From an uncultured Anaerolineales bacterium (lineage in GTDB: Bacteria; Chloroflexota; Anaerolineae; B4-G1), in assembly GCA_964568065.1 (NCBI GenBank), contig CAZMOT010000020.1:1-35216 (forward strand): DNA of 35,216 nt, read 5' to 3'. Below the pieces are notes generated by a model, which ran no database searches, was not told where the DNA came from, and saw nothing but the letters and a program-made list of their open reading frames with translations. Position numbers and translations under genes: made by a program. The number at the start of each line of letters is the position of its first letter. The first letter of the stretch is position 1. Positions 1 to 8,758 of this stretch are shown here, piece by piece.

Positions 1-447
1 GCATACAGTGCCAGCGATGCGTTCAGCGCCAGCAGCGTATACATGCGCGTCTCCTGGGCGAAGCGCACGTGGAAGGGAGAGACGGCCAGGATCAGCGCAG
101 CCAGCAGGCCCACTTTGTCATCGGCCAGGCGGCGGCCCACCAGGTAGATCGCGGGGATGGTCAACGTGCCAAGCAGGGTGGAGAGAGCCCGCACAGTAGC
201 TGCGTCGTCTCCCATGGCCATCCAAAAGTGAAGCAGCGTGTAGTAGAGCGGCGGGTGTTGGTCAATGCGGACTAGCCAGCCCAGCATCTCCTCAATGGGC
301 TGTCCGCCCATCCACACGCTGAAAGCCTCGTCTAGCCACAATCCCTTGCTGCCGATCTGGTAGACGCGCAGGAACCCGCCGAGCGCCACGATTGGAAGCA
401 GCAGGAGCGAACTGCGAACTGCGGACTGCGGGGTCCTTGTACTCACA
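1..447 (-). CDS. Glycosyltransferase family 39 (PMT_2/ArnT-like polyprenyl-phosphate-sugar dependent transferase), N-terminal part; continues past window start
   Basis: Manual reverse-strand translation gives VSTRTPQSAVRSSLLLLPIVALGGFLRVYQIGSKGLWLDEAFSVWMGG...HPPLYYTLLHFWMAMGDD...AVSPFHVRFAQETRMYTLL, the typical GT39 N-terminus. The GTG start overlaps the upstream gene's stop as GTGA. The ORF track does not list it because it runs off the window. Confidence 0.7.
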
Positions 448-1762
448 CTTGGATCATCAACCCCAGAAAGCGCTCCGTGTCGTAGGTGGCGGCCTGTGCG
501 GCTGGCGACCATCTGGGGAAGACCAGATCGAAGGCGTGGTCGGTGTCGGGAAACTCGACGTAGACTGACGTGGCACCCACCTTGCGCAGGGCGTGGTGCA
601 GGCGTCGTACGTCCGGTACCATACCGGCCATATCGTGCGCACCCTGCAACAGCAACGTGGGCGGGCAGTGCGGCCCAACGTGGTTGATTGGCGAGCCGAG
701 GTGGTAGATCTCCGGCACCTCGTCGGGCGTGCCGCCGCACAGGCCAGGCAGCAACTCCACCTGGCCGGCGAGCTTGCCGTAGGGCGGCAAGATACGTGTG
801 CGACGAAAGAGCGATTCTGCCCTGTCAATCAACAATCGCCCCAGCCGCGTTTCGCCGGTTGGAAAATCGCCATGACTGGCCCGGAAGTAGTCGTAAGAGG
901 CCCGTAGGTCTGGCAGCCCGTAGTAGGACACGACCGCATGTACCGAGGTGTCTGCTTCTATGTCGGCGGGCTGAAGCTCCGGGTGATTGGGCGTGTAGGC
1001 CGCCAGGAGCGCCAGGTGTCCTCCCGCTGAGCCTCCCACCAGCACGATCCGCTCCGGGTTCACGCTGTACTGGGCAGCGTTAGCCTTCATCCAGGCGATG
1101 GCCCGCTTCACGTCGGCCACCATCGCGTGGAGTTGTGCCTTGGGCGCCAGCGTGTAGGCCACGTCCATAACCACGTGCCCCTGCCCCGCCAGGTGGCGGA
1201 AGAAGCGCCGCGTGCCCATATCCTTGTCAATGTAGTGCCAGGCGCTACCGTGCAGGTAGATGATCCCCAACCCCGTGCGCGGCACACCATCCGGCGGCTG
1301 CCAGAGATCGGCCAGCAGTGGTTCGCCGGTCTCGTTTTCGTTTTCACGGCGTGTTCCAAAGACCACGTCCCGCTGCCAGGGGACCTCCGGCGGGTCTGCC
1401 GGCATCGGTGTGTAACGTTTTGGTAGCATGCGCGCCCGCAATTCCGATGGGATGCGTGACTGCCAATCCGATCCAAAGGCTCGCGCAAAGCCACCGTTGT
1501 CATTGGGCGCAGTGACCCTGACCACGTGCCGCACGGCCACAGCCGCGCCGAACAGCCCGGCCCACACTGCCTTGCGGTCTCTGCGTGCCAGACCGATCAG
1601 CGCTCCCAGGCCACCCGCCAGCGCCAGGAACGGCGTCCACGCGCCAGCCAGCAGCTTGGGAGCCCCCAGTTCTAATGATGCCCACTTTCCCCTGGGACGG
1701 ATGAGCGTCAGAGCACTCAAGAATGCGGATAGGTAGCTCAAGATTCGTGATACTGTCTTCAC
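443..1762 (-). CDS. Membrane-anchored alpha/beta-hydrolase (esterase/lipase, Abhydrolase_3-like)
   Basis: 439-aa ORF with N-terminal TM helices, an oxyanion-hole-like IYLHGSAW, a GGSAGG nucleophile elbow (GxSxG) and conserved Asp/His further downstream. Its stop is coupled to the downstream GT39 start. Confidence 0.75.
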   Translation of the reverse strand: MKTVSRILSYLSAFLSALTLIRPRGKWASLELGAPKLLAGAWTPFLALAGGLGALIGLARRDRKAVWAGLFGAAVAVRHVVRVTAPNDNGGFARAFGSDWQSRIPSELRARMLPKRYTPMPADPPEVPWQRDVVFGTRRENENETGEPLLADLWQPPDGVPRTGLGIIYLHGSAWHYIDKDMGTRRFFRHLAGQGHVVMDVAYTLAPKAQLHAMVADVKRAIAWMKANAAQYSVNPERIVLVGGSAGGHLALLAAYTPNHPELQPADIEADTSVHAVVSYYGLPDLRASYDYFRASHGDFPTGETRLGRLLIDRAESLFRRTRILPPYGKLAGQVELLPGLCGGTPDEVPEIYHLGSPINHVGPHCPPTLLLQGAHDMAGMVPDVRRLHHALRKVGATSVYVEFPDTDHAFDLVFPRWSPAAQAATYDTERFLGLMIQV

Positions 1763-1829
1763 TGCCTCGCCTCCGTTTGCAGCGACTTTCTCGATAGGCT
1801 CAGAGTAGATCGCTAGATCTGCGAACGAA

Positions 1830-2379
1830 CTACTCCACTATTTCCCATATCCTTAATGGTTCCTCCTGCCACTTTACTTTCAATGCGGGTAGTTCGCTGG
1901 TTCGATAATTCGTCTTGATTTTGTCATAGACACTTTCGGTAATGGCTATCCCTCTGTGATGTCCAATCGTGGCAGCTCGATTGACTTCTTCGCCAAACAC
2001 ACCCTTTTGCATTAGCGACTTGTGGCCAAATATGCCGACTCCAACCTCTCCTGCGCCAATACCAATTTCAAGCTCGGTATCGTGCGAAATGCTCCTTGAA
2101 CGAACAAGTTCGAGAAAAGCTTTTTTCAATTCTAAGGAACATTCTACGACTTTGTTCTGAGTCGGCGGGGAAAATGCACAGGATGGCATCTCCCAGATAT
2201 TTGATAATCTCGCCCTCATGTTCGACAATGACGTCTCCCAACGCTTCATATATCTCTTGCAGAAGCTGGAAGAAACCTATCTTGTCTTCTCCAAACACTC
2301 GGGAAACTACCGAGAAATCGTGAATGTCCATAAACAGTATCACCTGATTTTTGAGTGTGATGTTGCGGTTTTTCATCAT
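1830..2379 (-). pseudogene. Class III adenylyl/guanylyl cyclase catalytic domain, frameshifted, inside a ~650-bp AT-rich island
   Basis: Two overlapping ORFs, 2068-2379 and 1830-2249, together encode one cyclase homology domain: ITLKNQVILFMDIHDFS...YLGDAILCIFP // VVECSLELKKAF...IGIGAGEVGVGIFG...RGIAITESVYDKI. The frame switches at a GGGG run near 2167-2170. Local GC (~44%) is far below the window average. Confidence 0.6.
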
Positions 2380-2443
2380 CCTCTCCTGTCTTCAATTTTG
2401 GGGCAGATTGCACACAGCGCATTTGATAATGTTTCACCGAGCG

Positions 2444-2692
2444 TTACCGCTCATTCATATCGGGGTCCATCGTCTCGGCCAGTCCGGTAAAGCCGGAGAT
2501 GTCGGCGAACATCACGGTGACGAGTTGGCGTTCGCCTTCTAATGCTGGAGCAGGCTCGCGCTCAGCCAACTCTAGCTCAGCTAATTGCCGCCGCATCGGG
2601 CCAAGAGCGGCATCCACCACCGCGTCGCCCAGGATGGCTCGTTGGGCTTTGAAGGCGGCGATGGCCTGTTCAAGTTGTTCACGTTCGGTCAT
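2444..2692 (-). pseudogene. 5' stub of a coiled-coil + class III cyclase paralog (82 aa, stops right after the first cyclase motif)
   Basis: MTEREQLEQAIAAFKAQRAILGDAVVDAAL...ERQLVTVMFADISGFTGLAETMDP is paralogous to the N-terminus of the 5888-6964 ORF. The reading frame ends at the boundary of the AT-rich island. Confidence 0.55.
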
Positions 2693-2710
2693 GGTCGTTT
2701 CTCCGTAAAG

Positions 2711-5563
2711 TTACCAATACACTCCGGGCACATAGCGACTGACCCCGCCTATCGTGCCGACCCAAACCACACCGTCGGGCGTGACATAGATAGCCTCCAC
2801 CTGATGATGAACCAACCCGTCGGCCGTCGTAAAGGTCTCCCATGCGCCGCTGGATGGGTCAAAGTGGCCCAGATCCTCGTGGCCGGCCCAGACGGTTCCG
2901 TCGGGTCCTATGGCTAGGGTCTCCATCCAGCCCTCGCCGGGCCAACTGAACCGGATCCACTGGTTGCCATCCAGGTGATAGAGTGCGCCATCGGCGACTA
3001 CCCACAGGCTACCGTCGGGCGCCTCGGCGATGTCGCTGACGCACTTGAGCAGATCGCCGCTGGCAGTGGGTGCGCTCCAGTCGCTCCCGTCGTATCGAAC
3101 CAACGCATCTTCCCCTCCGACCCAGAGGGTGCCGTCGCTGGAGACGAAGAGCGTGTACACGTCCTCCAACACCAGATGGTCGGCGGCGGTAAAGGTAGTC
3201 CACTCGTCGGTCGCCGGGTCGTGGCGCATCAGGCCGGCGTCGGTCCAGAGCCATTGAACGTCGTCGGGGCCAAAGGCGATATGATAAACCGTGATGTCAG
3301 CCAGTTGGGCCGGTGTAAAGCTCTGCCAGACCCTCCCGTCGTATCGCCTGAGTTCGCCGTAGTCGCCGATCCACAGGTGGCCATCACTGTCCACGCCGGG
3401 AACAGAGGGCCAATCCAGCGCTCCCTCGTGCTCGCCAAAGGTCTGCCAGGTTTCGCCGGCCGGGTCGTAGCGGCTCAGGCCGCTGCCGGGGTGGGTGAAC
3501 CAGAGCGCCCCGGTCCCGTCCTGCAGGATGGCCTCGATTTCATTGCCCCCCAATTCGTCGTCGGTGGCCCAGGTCTCCCAGCGACTCCTATCGCCCTTTA
3601 CAAACCGGCCCACGCCGCCGCCATAGGTGCCCAACCACAGCCCATCCTCGTCCTCGATGATGTCGGTCACCAACCAGGCGGGGATGGTATCCGGCCCCGG
3701 TTCGAACTGCTGCCAGTCGCCTGTCTCTGGGTCGTAGCGGGTGGCGCCTCCGTCGCCGACGAACCACAGGCTTTCATCTTCGGCCTGGTGCATGCGGTGG
3801 ATGCCGATGTCGGACAACTGGGGGATGACCTCCCAGTCGCCCGTTTCTGGATCAAGGTACACGACCTCGTGACCAAAGCTGGCCAGCAGTTCCTCAGCGT
3901 CAATCAGCAACAGATCGTAGACCTGATCGCCGGGCAGACCGTCGTCGCTGGTAGACACCTCCCATTCGTCCCCGTCAAAATGAGCCAGGCCCCGCTCGTC
4001 CAGACCCACGAACAGGCCCACCCCTTCTTTCCCAGCAAAGGCTCGTGGCCTGGGGAAGTCAAGGGGAAGAGGCGGGAGCGGGGGTGGGCCCCAGGTGCTC
4101 CCGTCGTAGTAGTTCAGACCGCGCTCTCCGTAAGCGGTGCCGGCCCAGAGCGCACCGTCATCGTCCAGAAAGAGGGACAAGACCTCGTTGGTGTCCAGCC
4201 CGTCAGCCTCATCGAAGGTCAGCCAGTTCTGGCCGTCGAAGCGGTTGAGGCCGGCGTCGGTGGCAACCCACAAGACCCCGCCCTCGTCCACCAGCAAATC
4301 GTGGACCCGGCCGGAGGCCAGCCCGTCGCCGACCCCGAACTTGACACAACTGCCGTCGTTCAAGTCCCAGCGCACCAGGCCGCCCTCGCTGCCGGCCCAC
4401 AGATAGTCGCCTGAGCGCGCCAGGGCAAAGACAAAGTTCCCGTTGCTATAGTTGGTCCAGCCGGCAGGCAGTTGGCCGCTCACAGCGGCGGGCGGTTCGG
4501 TGGCAATAGGCGTCGCTTCCACCTCACCAGCGCCCAGGTTGGGCAGGATCAGCAGCGCGGCGATGAGTACCACGGCCAGCGCTGCGACGCCAACGGCAAT
4601 AGGCAGCCATGGGAGCGGCTTGCGGGGCGGGACGGCGACGGTCGGCTCGGGCGGAGGCGGTGCGCTGACAGTCTTGGCCGGCGCCGTGGTGATGACTGTC
4701 TCGGCAGCAGGCTGCGGCAAGGCAATTTCCGTCGGGAGGCCGGCCACTGCCTTTTGTAACGTCTCCACCATCTCCTCGGCTGTCTGGAAGCGGTCGTCGG
4801 GCGACTTGGCCATGGCCTTCAGGATCACCCGTTCCACCGCCTCGGGCAGACCCGGCTTAATCTGACGCGGCAGGGGCAGGGGGGCGTTGACGTGTTTGAG
4901 CAGGACGGCCAGCGGCGTCTCGGCTTCGTAGGGCACCCGGCCGGTGACCATCTCGTAAAGCATGACACCCAGCGCATAGATGTCGCTGCGGTAGTCTGCC
5001 GGCTTGCCCATACCTTGCTCAGGCGACATGTAGGCCGGCGTGCCCACGATGGCCCCGGTGGCAGTGAACTGGGCCGTGCCGGCCACCAGTTTGGCGATGC
5101 CAAAGTCGGTCAGGAAGGCGTCACCCCGCTCGTCCATCAGCACGTTGCTAGGCTTGATGTCACGGTGGATTACCTCCTGGCTGTGGGCGTACCCCAGCGC
5201 ACGGCCTACCTGACCCAAAATGCGCGCGGCCTCATTCAGCTCCAGGGGGCCGCGTCGGGCAATCAAGTCCTTCAGCGTGCCAGCCTCGACATAGCGCATC
5301 ACCAGGTAGGTGATCCCCTCTTGCTCGCCATAGTCGTAGACCGGCAGGATTTGGGGATGTTCCAGGCGGCCCAGGGTGCGCGCTTCCTGGGTAAAGCGCC
5401 CTATAAAGGTCTCGTCTTCGGTAAAGTGTCTGGGCAGGATCTTGACGGCCACGTAGCGGTCCATAGCGGGTTGGTAGGCCTTGAAGATTGTGGCCATCCC
5501 GCCCTGGCCGATTTGTTCCAGGACCTGGTATGATCCCAGCCTCTTGCCAATGTATTGGTCCAT
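2711..5563 (-). CDS. Ser/Thr protein kinase with Pro-rich linker, one TM helix and extracytoplasmic beta-propeller (Reg_prop/Y_Y_Y-like repeats)
   Basis: 950 aa. N-terminal Hanks kinase motifs (GQGGMATIFKA, VAVK, HRDIKPSNVL, DFGIA, GTPAYMSPE), the TM helix LPWLPIAVGVAALAVVLIAALLIL, then many W/G/D-rich ~45-aa repeats (GLWxGTxxGLxRYD-like). Confidence 0.9.
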   Translation of the reverse strand: MDQYIGKRLGSYQVLEQIGQGGMATIFKAYQPAMDRYVAVKILPRHFTEDETFIGRFTQEARTLGRLEHPQILPVYDYGEQEGITYLVMRYVEAGTLKDLIARRGPLELNEAARILGQVGRALGYAHSQEVIHRDIKPSNVLMDERGDAFLTDFGIAKLVAGTAQFTATGAIVGTPAYMSPEQGMGKPADYRSDIYALGVMLYEMVTGRVPYEAETPLAVLLKHVNAPLPLPRQIKPGLPEAVERVILKAMAKSPDDRFQTAEEMVETLQKAVAGLPTEIALPQPAAETVITTAPAKTVSAPPPPEPTVAVPPRKPLPWLPIAVGVAALAVVLIAALLILPNLGAGEVEATPIATEPPAAVSGQLPAGWTNYSNGNFVFALARSGDYLWAGSEGGLVRWDLNDGSCVKFGVGDGLASGRVHDLLVDEGGVLWVATDAGLNRFDGQNWLTFDEADGLDTNEVLSLFLDDDGALWAGTAYGERGLNYYDGSTWGPPPLPPLPLDFPRPRAFAGKEGVGLFVGLDERGLAHFDGDEWEVSTSDDGLPGDQVYDLLLIDAEELLASFGHEVVYLDPETGDWEVIPQLSDIGIHRMHQAEDESLWFVGDGGATRYDPETGDWQQFEPGPDTIPAWLVTDIIEDEDGLWLGTYGGGVGRFVKGDRSRWETWATDDELGGNEIEAILQDGTGALWFTHPGSGLSRYDPAGETWQTFGEHEGALDWPSVPGVDSDGHLWIGDYGELRRYDGRVWQSFTPAQLADITVYHIAFGPDDVQWLWTDAGLMRHDPATDEWTTFTAADHLVLEDVYTLFVSSDGTLWVGGEDALVRYDGSDWSAPTASGDLLKCVSDIAEAPDGSLWVVADGALYHLDGNQWIRFSWPGEGWMETLAIGPDGTVWAGHEDLGHFDPSSGAWETFTTADGLVHHQVEAIYVTPDGVVWVGTIGGVSRYVPGVYW

Positions 5564-6964
5564 CGGTCTCCTCTCCTTAGCGCGAATCCACTCGCTTGCT
5601 CACAACCGTTCACCGTCTCCGGGCGGAAGACGCAGATGAACAGCAGCGGTACACTATCGGTCAAGGCCAGCAGTCGCTCCAGCAACTCTATTGAGGTGGG
5701 GTCGGCCCAGTGCAGGTCCTCGCAGACCACGACCAGGGGGCGCTGCCGGGCTGCGCACTCGACCAGGCTCTCCACGGCGCGGAAGGTGCCAGCCTTGAGC
5801 TTCTCACCCTCCAGGTCACGCACTGTGGCCTCGGCCTCGGCCGCCAGAGGCAGCGACATAAGCCGGCCCAGGTAGGGATAGACCCTGTCAAACTGTTCCG
5901 GGCACAGAGCCTGCACGTGCTCTCGCAGCATATCTCGAACAGCAACCGGCGAGTCTTCTGCCGTCACTCCCAACAATCCACGCAGCACGTCCAGCCAGAG
6001 CAGATAAGCGATGGACGTGCCGTAGGACAAACAGCGCCCTTCCACCCAGTCCGAATTCCGAATTCCAAAGTTCCGCCACCAGGCGTGACTTTCCCAGCCC
6101 CGCTTCTCCTACAATCGTCACGATGCCGCCCACGCCGGTCCGAAGGCGTTCGATGGCCTCTTGTAGAGCGCGGAACTCAGCCTCGCGGCCCACCAGTGGC
6201 GACTCCAGTCCGGCAATGCCCCGGACCCTGCCGGGGACGGCCTTGGCAGCCAGCAACCGGTAGACCGGCACAGGCTCGACTTTGCCCTTCACCTGGATGG
6301 GCTCCAATGTCTCGAACTCGAACAACGGCGCGGTCAGACGGTGCGTGTCAGGCCCAACGAGGATTTTGCCCCGCTCCGAGGCATCCTCCAGCCGCGCCGC
6401 CAGGTTGACCGCGTCGCCCATCACCGAGTACTCCTGCCGCTCGCCCGTGCCGATGCCTCCGGCGATGACCAGCCCGGTGTTGATGCCAAAGTGCACTCCC
6501 AGGTCGGTACCCCGGTCGGCGTTGAACTCGGCCAGCGCATCTATCATCTCCAGCGCCGCCCGCAAGGCTCGTTCGGGGTCGTTCTCATGGGCCACCGGCG
6601 CGCCAAAGAGGGCCATAATCTCATCGCCGATGAACTTGTCCACCGTGCCCTCGTATTTCTCGACCACCGGCACCAGCCGCTCAAAGCACCCGTTCATCAG
6701 GTCCCGCACCGCTTCGGGGTCCATCGTCTCGGCCAGTCCGGTGAAGCCGGAGATGTCGGCGAACATCACGGTGACGAGCTTGCGTTCGCCTTGCAGCCCC
6801 CCCTCTGTCCCCCCCGCCTGCGGGGGGGATGAAAGGGCAGCCAATTTTTCACGCATTGAGACCAGGGCTGCCTCGACCACCGTATCACCCAACACGGCGC
6901 GCTGAGCTTCCAACGCAGCAAGGGCCGCTTCCAGTTGCGCAGTCTGTTCTTCAAGCGTTGACAT
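5401..6964 (-). pseudogene. Class III cyclase + AAA(+) (AAA_16/STAND-like) ATPase signalling protein, frameshifted by a 7-bp duplication and 3'-truncated
   Basis: ORF 5888-6964 has a coiled coil, the cyclase domain (KLVTVMFADISGFT...FIGDEIMALFGAP...HFGINTGLVIAGGIG) and a Walker A motif (GEAGLGKSRLVAEL), then decays. ORF 5401-6045 continues in another frame with LVVVCEDLHWADPTSIELLERLL (Walker B) ...VFRPE. Deleting one copy of the tandem CGAATTC at 6052-6065 restores a continuous frame. No TPR/C-terminal region follows. Confidence 0.65.
6052..6065. repeat. Perfect 7-bp tandem duplication (CGAATTC x2) causing the frameshift in the cyclase-AAA gene
   Basis: Read directly from the sequence. Removing one unit joins ...ELWNSDW to VEGRCLSYGTSIAYLLW in frame. 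Confidence 0.7.
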
Positions 6965-7225
6965 AGTGACGCTCCCTTGTTTACGTGAACCGTTGTATAG
7001 TTGGCCTCCGCGCTGAAGGTGGTGGTGGCGTGGTGCTATCGAGGGTCATCACCTCTCCAAAGGCAATCTCAGTCTCGATTATAGTATAGCCCAACAGCCC
7101 AGCTTGCACAAACACGCCCCCGACGCCAACAAGCTCGTGCTTCCATTCACCACAGCAGGAGGCGGCAGACCGAGTAGTGATGCCGAGTCATTTGCCAATT
7201 CGCTGCTTTTGTGCTAACGTTGGGG

Positions 7226-7307
7226 ACGTGAAACGTAAAACGTGAAGCGTGAGAACAACTCGAATGTCTCCGTCCTATCACGTTTTGCGCAATACGCAAT
7301 GCGCAAG
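7226..7307 (+). promoter_or_regulatory. Repeat-rich 5' region of the aldolase-Fae operon
   Basis: ACGTGAA ACGTAAA ACGTGAA GCGTGAG at 7226-7253, an inverted copy TCACGTT at 7279-7285, and TTGCGCAATACGCAATGCGCAAG at 7285-7307, immediately before the AGGAGG RBS and ATG 7318. Confidence 0.4.
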
Positions 7308-7317
7308 GAGGTCACCT

Positions 7318-8757
7318 ATGCCTATCAAAGTTCCATGGCTCAAGGGGGTCTTTCCCGCCCTCGTCACGCCTTTCGTGAGAAAGACGGAGGAGGTTGACGA
7401 GGAGGCCTACCGCCGCCTCATCCGCTCTTGTCTGCCCCACGTGGACGGACTGGTCACCAGTGGCACCACGGGTGAGTTTCCCTATCTGACTCGCGAGGAG
7501 CAGCGGCGGCTCATCGTCATTGGTGTGGAGGAGGCGGGCGGCAAGCCGGTCGTCGCTGGCTGCGGTGCTTCGTCCACCCAAGAGGCGCTCACCCTCGCCC
7601 GCGACGCCAAAGATGCCGGCGCGTCGGCGGCCCTCATCGTCACCCCCTACTTCCTCCACCCCTCCGACAAGGGCGTCTACCAGCACTTTTACGACATCGC
7701 CACCGGTGTGGACCTGCCCATCATCCTCTACAACATCCCCCAGGTGATGGACCGCTACCTGCCGCGCACCGTCGTCGAGGACCTGGCCGACCTGCCGAAC
7801 GTGATCGGTCTCAAGGACTCCTCCGGCAACCTGACCTACACGATGGAACTGCTGGAATACGCCGGCGACCGCATAGACATCTTCATCGGCCACGACGAGG
7901 TCGTTCTGCCCGCGCTGGCTGGCGGCGTGAGCGGCATGATCCTGGCCAGTGCCCAGGTCTACCCGGAGGTCTGGCAGGAGGTCATCCGCCTGGTTGGCGA
8001 AGGAAAATTGGCAGAGGCCCGCGCCAGGCAGCGCAGCGTGCAGAAACTCTCGCGCATCTTCTGCCGGTACGGCGGGGGTGTGGCAGTGAAAGCCGCCCTC
8101 AAGATGATGGGGCTCGATATGGGGCCGCCGCGCAAGCCGCTCAAGGCGGTCGGCGGCGCGCTCATCCACGAGACCCGCGCCGAGATCCGGCTCGAACTGG
8201 AGAAGCTGGGCCAGATCCCGGTCGAGGAGACGGCCTTCGAGTATCCCAGCGGCCCGCTCACTGAGCGCTTTGGCGACCTGGAGATCACGCCGGAGACCAT
8301 TGACGCGCACGACCTGCGCGTCGGGAGCGGGGTGACCGGTGAGGGGCTGAACAAGGTCCAGATTGACCTCGTCGCTGGCAGCAAGGAGACGCCGCTGGGC
8401 GACGCCTACGCGCTCCAACTGACCTACCCGCTGCACGGGCGTGAGGCGTTGACGACCATCCTGGAACCGGCGCTTACTGTGCGCCCCGCCACACTGCTCC
8501 TGCCCCAGCTATCGCAGAAGAACCTGCGCCAGGCCAACATGATCTACGGCCCCACGCAGTCGGCGCTGGCGCGGGCCATCGTGGACGCGCTGGAGGCAGG
8601 ACGCATCCCGCCCGCCGCAGTTGACGACGAGGTGATGATCGCGTTGGCGACGGTGCACCCCCGCGCGTTGGACCGCCACGCGCTCCACCAGTCCGTCTAC
8701 GCCGCCGCCACCCAAGCACTGGCGCAGGCATTTGCAGACGCCAGGGAGGAGGGATAA
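7318..8757 (+). CDS. Fusion protein: DapA/DHDPS-family class I (Schiff-base) aldolase domain + C-terminal formaldehyde-activating-enzyme (Fae)-like domain
   Basis: RBS AGGAGG, then MPIKVPWLKGVFPALVTPF...TSGTTGEFPYL...YNIPQ...IGLKDSSG (Schiff-base Lys context). The C-terminal ~190 aa (VGSGVTGEGLNKVQIDLVAG...MIYGPTQSALARAIVDALEAGRIPPAAVDDEVMIALATVHP) aligns with Fae ([20 protein letters not shown]...[40 protein letters not shown]). Confidence 0.75.
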   Translation: MPIKVPWLKGVFPALVTPFVRKTEEVDEEAYRRLIRSCLPHVDGLVTSGTTGEFPYLTREEQRRLIVIGVEEAGGKPVVAGCGASSTQEALTLARDAKDAGASAALIVTPYFLHPSDKGVYQHFYDIATGVDLPIILYNIPQVMDRYLPRTVVEDLADLPNVIGLKDSSGNLTYTMELLEYAGDRIDIFIGHDEVVLPALAGGVSGMILASAQVYPEVWQEVIRLVGEGKLAEARARQRSVQKLSRIFCRYGGGVAVKAALKMMGLDMGPPRKPLKAVGGALIHETRAEIRLELEKLGQIPVEETAFEYPSGPLTERFGDLEITPETIDAHDLRVGSGVTGEGLNKVQIDLVAGSKETPLGDAYALQLTYPLHGREALTTILEPALTVRPATLLLPQLSQKNLRQANMIYGPTQSALARAIVDALEAGRIPPAAVDDEVMIALATVHPRALDRHALHQSVYAAATQALAQAFADAREEG

Positions 8758-8758
8758 C

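Noticed and set aside
2975-4414. 479-aa plus-strand ORF, plus other long ORFs antisense to the Ser/Thr kinase (4452-4865, 4892-5533)
   Set aside because: Antisense to a well-supported kinase/propeller gene. The Ala/Gly/Val/Pro-rich low-complexity translation is typical of the reverse frame of high-GC coding DNA.
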